From NCBI RefSeq assembly GCF_001194135.2, contig NC_068987.1:101781460-101845459 (forward strand): a DNA stretch of 64,000 bases. The letters are read 5' to 3'. The stretch comes from Octopus bimaculoides (taxonomy: Eukaryota). Below the pieces are notes generated by a model. That model made no database searches. It worked only from the letters and a program-made list of their open reading frames with translations, and was not told the DNA's origin. The position numbers and the translations under genes were made by a program. This document shows, one piece after another, positions 54,301 to 64,000 of the stretch; positions within the stretch are counted from its first letter, which is position 1; every line of letters begins with the position of its first letter.

Positions 54301-54944
54301 GATATATATATCGGACTAACCACTAATCCACACGCCTCCACCTTTCCTAACATAACAATATCTACTTTAGGCACAAAATCAGCAAAAACATTGTAGGCAG
54401 TGTCACTCCATGATCGTATGCCAATGCTGCAAGGCTGGACGTTCTGAAACGGTTTAACCTGTAAGGTATATTTTAACATAGTGTTGTCTGTCCACATGGC
54501 TTTACCCCCCCAAAAAAAACAAACAAAAAAAACAGAATAGAAAAGACTACAATAAAATAAAATAAAATTAAAAAAAACATTTACCTAACTAAGTTGCCAA
54601 GCAATGGGATCGAACCTGGGGCCTGCATATANNNNNNNNNNNNNNNNNNNNNNNNNNNNNNNNNNNNNNNNNNNNNNNNNNNNNNNNNNNNNNNNNNNNN
54701 NNNNNNNNNNNNNNNNNNNNNNNNNNNNNNNNNNNNNNNNNNNNNNNNNNNNNNNNNNNNNNNNNNNNNNNNNNNNNNNNNNNNNNNNNNNNNNNNNNNN
54801 NNNNNNNNNNNNNNNNNNNNNNNNNNNNNNNNNNNNNNNNNNNNNNNNNNNNNNNNNNNNNNNNNNNNNNNNNNNNNNNNNNNNNNNNNNNNNNNNNNNN
54901 NNNNNNNNNNNNNNNNNNNNNNNNNNNNNNNNNNNNNNNNNNNN

Positions 54945-54986
<42 letters not shown>

Positions 54987-55493
54987 GTGCTTTTAATTTG
55001 CTATGAACACAAGAATGGATACTGAGTATCTGAAGTAGAGTTGTTAGAATTTTACTTATTTCAGTTGATTTTTATTGCATCCATTTCTGAAGTGTTTTTT
55101 GCGGATCAAACGTACTTCAGATGAAATTTAAATGAAGAAATCTTTCTTGAATGGTAATGGCTCGCTACTAGTTTTAAAAGCTTTCTTCATTGAAATGCCA
55201 TTTGAAGAACTCCTTGTCGTTGAGCCATTTTAAGTAATGGTTACGGCAGAATAACTGTCAACTTTAATACATAATACAATACATAATACATGTAAACACA
55301 CATACAAGAACTCACTGACAGGCATATATACGTACATACCGCGAACACAAACACACACACACTCTCACACACTCACACACACTCTCACACACTAACATAT
55401 ACACAGACTATGATGCTTGCATCTATATAGCCATGTATAATAAGCGTACTTTTGCACCTACACATACTTGTACATATATATTTTATGCATATT

Positions 55494-55554
<61 letters not shown>

Positions 55555-56129
55555 AATGAGATGTAAGTATGCTTGTGCTAACGTGCAAGTTATGCATCTG
55601 TAATTTTTAAGAGGTAAATTTCTGAAGTGTAGTTACTACTTTTTGCTATCAGTTAGACATCTACAGAAATTACTTACCTATTTCCTCTTTTGAGGTAATA
55701 TTAGCAAGATGGTTACTACTTGAAGAAATGATAGTATCAGATTTTCGAAAAAATAATTGCAATTATTTGAAAACGGCGAATATGCTTCAGTAAACTATAT
55801 TTGCTCACAGCAGTTCTTCGTAGATAATGTTTTCTGTGAATCTATCACCATTTTTATCAAAGAAGTCTTGAAAACTGAACACGATAAAATGCAGTGTATG
55901 ATGAAAATCAGACTTAGATAGGTCGATTCCAACCGCATCGTTTATTGCCACAACCAAAAACATTTATTTATTTGGAAGTGTCGCCTTGTGAAAGTTAAAG
56001 AAAATTGGGTTTTTTTTTTTCTGTTATGGCGACGAAAACGGAGCAAGAAAATCGTACAGATTTCACTGTTCTGAAACCTTGCTTAAACGTTGCTTTTCAT
56101 CAACTGAATGTCAATCATTCTAATCTTAT

Positions 56130-57770
56130 TTTGGCGACACTGCATTGGAATTGTTTGTAAATTGTGTTAAGAATAAAAGCATAACAGGTCATCCGATCTT
56201 TAGCACCAGTTTGTAGTAGAGCAGGCCAGAAGTTGTTATGTCACAGAGATTCCGTTGAGATCAGCATTACTGTGATAGCTTTCTCATACTGAATCATTAT
56301 AATTTCTGTCACGTGGAGACTTCAAAATATAGTCTGCTTATTTCATGTACGTCTGTATTTAATAGTGTATAGAGAGTTTCTTCCATAAGGTCTTATTAAA
56401 CATTTAACATTTGAGAAAGTTTCTTTAATGATACATTCGGAGTCTGGAACCAAATATTGATGAAGAGGTAGCTTTTAGTTGTTTATGATCAATTCTTCTG
56501 CCACTGAAAACTTTTAGCAATTCCCATGTTCACTAAGTGTTTGTGATGTGTAATGTCAGGGTACAAATATGGCAGTTGAAGACTTGCTAATAGGATTTTC
56601 GATAGGCTAGCTCTTTTTACTAGTGGCAGTGTTTAGCCTGGTCACTATAAACAAGGACCATATTACCTCCATGTTTCCTCAAATGTATCTAAGTTCACTG
56701 AAGATTTCATTCCAAATAACCAGTTCGGTTCACTGGATCACTGGATCAACTTTGAGCTTTGATGGCGTGTACAAAAGCCTCAAGGATATCTGCTATTTAG
56801 AAACTTGAGTGAACTTTTCGGCTTCCTTGAAACTTCCGGGCTTCCACATCAGTGCTGATCACATTGAAAACTATTCCTCCCTCGGCCAGGAGTTTGGAAG
56901 CAATAATTTCGATGGTAAACGTCTTACACTATCCATCAGCTAGATTTGTGGCATGTGCCACGACACCATTGTGCTTGTCACTGAAATAGACTCAGGTAAA
57001 TGTCAGTAATATCTTCTTGCTTGTTGGAACACTCTGTTCTAGATTCTCTCGTGTTTGTTTCTCTTCATCACTAGCGGTGTTTGCTTGTAACATTTCAAGG
57101 AACTGAGAGAGATAACCGTTCATAGCAATGATTTCATCTTTCAATTCAAAATGAAGCAATTTGTTAATATTTTCTTTCATTCATTTGAACTACTGAGTAT
57201 TGTTGTTATTCGCTGTTCTTACATGCGAGAAGAAGAACTGAAGTGAAATGTTTTGAGATTTTCCCGATCAAGTACATGATGGGCATCATATACTTTAATG
57301 GAACATGAACTTTGTAGAGTAAAGTGAATTTCAATAGCTGAACTGCGAACGAATTTTTCAGGTATACTGTCGGTACCCGCGCAATTACCATTGTTATTTT
57401 GAGTATTACGAAAAGTATCAGATTATTGGACGTTTATATAGATGCATAAAATTTTATTTTTCTGGACCATTTATTTCTTAAGATGGTGTAAAACTCTTGT
57501 AGGTAGTAGTGAAAGGGAGTTTTACGGATGAACACATTGGGAAACAATAGACTTTGTTATACACTTGGTATCTTTTATAGATCATGAGGTACAAACTTTT
57601 ATCTTATCTTACCGGCAAGAATTGAATAAACTATATAAAGGTTGACATACAACCGACCCTGAGAAAATATTAGATAGAAAACAATCTATTTTGATTGTTC
57701 TTCTGCCATGACACAACTATATTCGTAATGGTTTCCGAAATGCTAGCACGTTGTACATCATCTTTTTCGT
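56130..57770 (-). pseudogene. Helitron RepHel remnant (PIF1-type helicase and upstream region), many stops and frameshifts
   Basis: LADG*CKTFTIEIIASKLLAEGGIVFNVISTDVEARKFQGSRKVHSSF resembles LDAPGGTGKTF...ALAVASSGIAATLL.GGRTAHS.F; LVIWNE resembles LIIWDE; HGGNMVLVYSDQ resembles FGGK.VL..GDFRQ. Confidence 0.72.
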
Positions 57771-58170
57771 ATCAAAAAATTGTCCTTACAGTTTAAACAC
57801 GCAATCACAATGGTCGAATTACATTACCACACAGTACTGAAGTACTGCAGGAATCTAACGGACGTGCAATTTATTCTCAACATATTTCTCTTTTTTATGT
57901 CCTTTCCACTGTTTCTTCTCTTCCGATCTTTTCTTGGACTTTTCTCTATGTCCGAAACGTTATATTTTATTCCATAATCTTATTCTATAAAATTTCTTTT
58001 GAACGTCAACCAAATGATATAAACAGTGACTTTTATTCTTTCTTGGTGTTCGTATTTACTTTTCTGTCCGTCCATCTCTCTTTCCTTCTATGTACGTATG
58101 TATGTATGTATGTATGTATGTATGTATGTATGTATGTATGTATGTATGTATGCATGCATGTATGTATATT

Positions 58171-58317
58171 ATCAATCAGTTTCATTTCTTTATTTCTTGT
58201 CCATAGAGAAAGAGCCGGACTCTAACATAGATTCAAGGCTCCTTCATTGGAACTTTTATCAACATCATCTAGGTATTTGTGCATATGTGTGTGTGTGTGC
58301 AGTATTTGGTGTTAGTG
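58171..58317 (+). repeat. ~150-bp dispersed repeat, copy 2
   Basis: About 97% identical to 29914-30062. Confidence 0.92.
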
Positions 58318-58518
58318 TATGCGCAGATTTGTATGTTTGTTTTATGGATGCGTTTTTATGTCTAGATGCATGCATATGTATTTATGTGCTAAATTTTTGA
58401 AAAGTTTTACATATCTTTGCAGTTCCATTGATGGCATGCATGTATGTATGCATGTATGTATGCATCCATGTATGTATGTATGTATGTATGTAACTATAAA
58501 TCTATCTATCTATCTATC

Positions 58519-58561
<43 letters not shown>

Positions 58562-58700
58562 GTATGTATATATATGTATATATGCATGCGTGTATGTTTT
58601 CATATATACATATAGGCACGCACCCTTATATAAGTATATACTTACACAAACGAACACACACACACACAGATAAACATGTATGTATATATATATATAAAAT

Positions 58701-58735
<35 letters not shown>

Positions 58736-59643
58736 NNNNNNNNNNNNNNNNNNNNNNNNNNNNNNNNNNNNNNNNNNNNNNNNNNNNNNNNNNNNNNNNN
58801 NNNNNNNNNNNNNNNNNNNNNNNNNNNNNNNNNNNNNNNNNNNNNNNNNNNNNNNNNNNNNNNNNNNNNNNNNNNNNNNNNNNNNNNNNNNNNNNNNNNN
58901 NNNNNNNNNNNNNNNNNNNNNNNNNNNNNNNNNNNNNNNNNNNNNNNNNNNNNNNNNNNNNNNNNNNNNNNNNNNNNNNNNNNNNNNNNNNNNNNNNNNN
59001 NNNNNNNNNNNNNNNNNNNNNNNNNNNNNNNNNNNNNNNNNNNNNNNNNNNNNNNNNNNNNNNNNNNNNNNNNNNNNNNNNNNNNNNNNNNNNNNNNNNN
59101 NNNNNNNNNNNNNNNNNNNNNNNNNNNNNNNNNNNNNNNNNNNNNNNNNNNNNNNNNNNNNNNNNNNNNNNNNNNNNNNNNNNNNNNNNNNNNNNNNNNN
59201 NNNNNNNNNNNNNNNNNNNNNNNNNNNNNNNNNNNNNNNNNNNNNNNNNNNNNNNNNNNNNNNNNNNNNNNNNNNNNNNNNNNNNNNNNNNNNNNNNNNN
59301 NNNNNNNNNNNNNNNNNNNNNNNNNNNNNNNNNNNNNATATATATATATATATAGGTGAGAAAGTTGGTATACGTATATGTATATAATCATACATACATG
59401 CATAAGTACATACATATGTACATCCATCCATCCATACATATGTATATGTGAGTGCGTCAATGTCTATATGCGGTTGGATATATATTTGAGTATATATATT
59501 TCGGCTCATATGACCTTATGTGTGTAGTAAGTAGCGTATGTAAATTCATGCTTATTTATGTGAAATTGGATGTGGACTGTTGCTTCGTGACATAATGCAC
59601 ATAGTGCATGTGCTTGTGTGTGTGTGTCTGTGTGCGCGTGTAT

Positions 59644-59714
<71 letters not shown>

Positions 59715-60696
59715 GAGAGAGACAGAGANNNNNNNNNNNNNNNNNNNNNNNNNNNNNNNNNNNNNNNNNNNNNNNNNNNNNNNNNNNNNNNNNNNNNNNN
59801 NNNNNNNNNNNNNNNNNNNNNNNNNNNNNNNNNNNNNNNNNNNNNNNNNNNNNNNNNNNNNNNNNNNNNNNNNNNNNNNNNNNNNNNNNNNNNNNNNNNN
59901 NNNNNNNNNNNNNNNNNNNNNNNNNNNNNNNNNNNNNNNNNNNNNNNNNNNNNNNNNNNNNNNNNNNNNNNNNNNNNNNNNNNNNNNNNNNNNNNNNNNN
60001 NNNNNNNNNNNNNNNNNNNNNNNNNNNNNNNNNNNNNNNNNNNNNNNNNNNNNNNNNNNNNNNNNNNNNNNNNNNNNNNNNNNNNNNNNNNNNNNNNNNN
60101 NNNNNNNNNNNNNNNNNNNNNNNNNNNNNNNNNNNNNNNNNNNNNNNNNNNNNNNNNNNNNNNNNNNNNNNNNNNNNNNNNNNNNNNNNNNNNNNNNNNN
60201 NNNNNNNNNNNNNNNNNNNNNNNNNNNNNNNNNNNNNNNNNNNNNNNNNNNNNNNNNNNNNNNNNNNNNNNNNNNNNNNNNNNNNNNNNNNNNNNNNNNN
60301 NNNNNNNNNNNNNNNNNNNNNNNNNNNNNNNNNNNNNNNNNNNNNNNNNNNNNNNNNNNNNNNNNNNNNNNNNNNNNNNNNNNNNNNNNNNNNNNNNNNN
60401 NNNNNNNNNNNNNNNNNNNNNNNNNNNNNNNNNNNNNNNNNNNNNNNNNNNNNNNNNNNNNNNNNNNNNNNNNNNNNNNNNNNNNNNNNNNNNNNNNNNN
60501 NNNNNNNNNNNNNNNNNNNNNNNNNNNNNNNNNNNNNNNNNNNNNNNNNNNNNNNNNNNNNNNNNNNNNNNNNNNNNNNNNNNNNNNNNNNNNNNNNNNN
60601 NNNNNNNNNNNNNNNNNNNNNNNNNNNNNNNNNNNNNNNNNNNNNNNNNNNNNNNNNNNNNNNNNNNNNNNNNNNNNNNNNNNNNNNNNNNNNNNN

Positions 60697-60763
<67 letters not shown>

Positions 60764-61168
60764 TGTGTGTGCGTGCGAATGCATGATGCGTGTGTGCATG
60801 TGTGTTACATGGTGGGCATTATTGTGGATAATTTATAAAAAATTATTATTATTAATCTTAATATTGATAACATATTAAATCCAATTAGTAATCAGATGTG
60901 AAAAGAAATAATAATGATCTCTCCAGAGAATTCTGAAAATTAAAGAATTAATGATTATAAAATATGTGTGCATGTGTAAAGCATGTATGTATGTTTGAAT
61001 GTGCGTATGTATGAATGCACGTACGTGTGTCTGAATGTGCGTATGTAAGTATGCATGGATGTACACATACGTGCATACATGAGCGCCGTATAAGTGTACA
61101 GTCACAGTAATAGTAATCGCTCGATTGTTATCCTTATAATTCGTTGAAATAGCTACCTACCTACCTAC

Positions 61169-61225
<57 letters not shown>

Positions 61226-61317
61226 AGTCTGTCTGCCTATCTGTCTATCCGTGTGTCTGTCTGCATTTCTCTCTCTCTCACTCTCTCTCTCTCTCTCTCT
61301 CTCTCTCACATATACAT

Positions 61318-61391
<74 letters not shown>

Positions 61392-61464
61392 TATTTTGTT
61401 TAAAAGAGTTCCAACACTGTCTGTTTTTTATGTTTTATTTATATTCCTGCAAAACCAATGTGGG

Positions 61465-61507
61465 ATATAGAATATGGAATATACAATATAGAATATGGAA
61501 TATACAA
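61465..61507. repeat. 21-bp tandem duplication (atatagaatatggaatataca x2)
   Basis: Direct reading. Confidence 0.85.
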
Positions 61508-63834
61508 TATATAATATAATATACAATATATAATATAAAATAAAAATGGATGGTACAATGAAATANNNNNNNNNNNNNNNNNNNNNNNNNNNNNNNNNNN
61601 NNNNNNNNNNNNNNNNNNNNNNNNNNNNNNNNNNNNNNNNNNNNNNNNNNNNNNNNNNNNNNNNNNNNNNNNNNNNNNNNNNNNNNNNNNNNNNNNNNNN
61701 NNNNNNNNNNNNNNNNNNNNNNNNNNNNNNNNNNNNNNNNNNNNNNNNNNNNNNNNNNNNNNNNNNNNNNNNNNNNNNNNNNNNNNNNNNNNNNNNNNNN
61801 NNNNNNNNNNNNNNNNNNNNNNNNNNNNNNNNNNNNNNNNNNNNNNNNNNNNNNNNNNNNNNNNNNNNNNNNNNNNNNNNNNNNNNNNNNNNNNNNNNNN
61901 NNNNNNNNNNNNNNNNNNNNNNNNNNNNNNNNNNNNNNNNNNNNNNNNNNNNNNNNNNNNNNNNNNNNNNNNNNNNNNNNTTTGAAGCTCTAATAATAAA
62001 GCATATTACTCTACCTCCTGAATTCGAGTACTGTTTTTCTGCCACCTTGTTTCAAATTTATGTGCTTACTCTGGTATATATATATATATATATATATACA
62101 ATGGAGAGATGGAAAAAGAGAGAGGAAGAGAAGTGTGAGAGAGGAAAAAAGCGACAGAAAGAGAGAGAGAAACAGGGAAAGAGAGAGAGAGAGAGGGGGG
62201 AGAGAGAGAGGGGGAGAGAGAGAGAGGAACAGAGAGTAAGTAGCAGTGAAAAGTAGAGAGACTAAATCCTGTTCATTCCACTCCAAACAAAGAATTACAT
62301 GGAAGCATCACACAATTTGTTGCTTTTCGACTATTGGCTAGACTGTATCAACAGAATTTTTTTTCCATCATTTCTTAGACCAATGCCACTCAAGTCTACT
62401 GTATTCTATCATTTAGTCAGAGAACGGATCATAGTTTCTATGACTCTTTCTGGCGCTTGGAAAGTTCTTTTAAATGGTCTTGAAAGTTTTGTACTGCATC
62501 AAATCTTCACAGCACTTTATGCTTATGTCCAGTCCGCTACATGTAAGGCCTACGTTTTTAGTTTGGACCCCTAAGTCTCTCTGTGAAGGGCCATGGAAGG
62601 GAAGAATTTGTTCTGACTTTCAATACCTGGATCAAATGCTTATGGCAAAAGAAAAAAATAAATTCAATCAATATATCCCAATGAAATACGTGCCAGAAAT
62701 ATACCTAGGTCGAGAAATTGTACTTGATCAATTTATATTATGTGTAACGTTAGTTACTACAACTATATATATTAACACATTTATAAATAATGTTTTAGCG
62801 TTATTGTCTAGGTGTATGCGGTTCACTAGATATTCCAATAATGTGTTAAATACACACAATAGCATTATAAAAAACATTGTGCAACACTATGTGGTTCACA
62901 CACATCAAATCTCTAATATTCTATGGAACATTGTTTGTCTTTAGTTCAGATATTTATATCACTGGTAACGTGTAGTTGTACACTTATGTCATTTCAATAA
63001 GGGCTTAACATATACAATAGCAGACTATATGTAAACGTTTTAGAAACGTTTTTTGCTTGTATATGGTACACATATATCATTTCAGGACTACTGCTCGCAA
63101 TTAGGATCATCGTTAGCGCTGAAAATAAGCATGTCTTAATACTATTTATGTGTATGGTACACCTAAGTCTATCCACTAATGCGTTAGTAACTATTGATAA
63201 AAGGTATGAATGGTACAACCTGCAAATCACTTATCTTTGGAGTCTTAAGTCCCTGTGTCAACCATAGTAACAATGTTTACTCAGCAATTGAACCAAATAA
63301 ATTAATTAAACAACAGCCATATATTCACCCAAATACTTAATTCTACTATTCTTAAACAGCAGATATTGTTAATAACATTATAATATATATATTTCCCTTA
63401 CGATTATTCACTGAAATATACTCGACATAATTTCACAATTTTACAACCATTGCAAGATTCATGTTACATACGAGAAGAAGATAAACGTTATCCAAGCACA
63501 TATTATACAAAATCTGTAACCCTGAAGAAAAGATTAGTATATATGATTATTCTAGGATACTGACGTTAAAATGGCTTCCTTACAGAAAGCTGATACATAG
63601 CAGGTAGCTGAAATATTTCACAGAATTTCACTGAAGCGGAGAATAAGATTTGCAATTTTACTAACACAGTTATCTCTACATCCTGAGATATCTGCGACGA
63701 TTAGCTTGTAAACAGAGTGAAGTTTTGGTTTCATGCCAGAATATACAGGTGTGCATATTTAAAATTTCACTCGGGCACAGCTAATATACATGCTTATAAC
63801 TATACATGTATGCATCCATTCATACATGCATTCG

Positions 63835-63879
<45 letters not shown>

Positions 63880-64000
63880 GTTTGTATGTATGTATGTATG
63901 TATGTATGTATATATGTATGTATGTATATCGTAAAATTGAGTATACATACGTGCATATCTTGTATGCATATGTGCATATGCAATAATACACTCACTCACA

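Noticed and set aside
57930-57965. GGAC-loop-GTCC-GAAA-CGTT, resembling the 3' half of a hammerhead
   Set aside because: No CUGANGA-like core or stem I upstream; possibly a decayed PLE end but unsupported
62474-62944. 156-aa non-repetitive ORF
   Set aside because: Non-ATG start, no recognisable domain, AT-rich non-coding-like composition

Overview
AT-rich, microsatellite-dense eukaryotic scaffold with about 20 N-gaps. The SINE families match, from memory, those of an Octopus (coleoid cephalopod) genome. The window looks intronic or intergenic: no host protein-coding gene can be supported, and most long ORFs in the track arise from simple repeats or N-runs. Recognisable content is transposon debris. 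It includes at least three tRNA-head SINE families, a Penelope-like (PLE) RT fragment, 3' ends of Tx1/L1, Dong/R4 and CR1-like LINEs, a Tigger/pogo transposase remnant, a Helitron RepHel remnant and a hAT-type end. The most striking structure is a ~366/370-bp, ~96% identical inverted repeat at 21813-22621. Each arm carries an identical minimal type I hammerhead-ribozyme-like motif with a palindromic stem III. Two unrelated repeats (4530-4575, 8269-8305) carry motifs of the same architecture, including a shared extra A after the catalytic core. All family assignments rest on manual translation and remembered motifs, not database searches.
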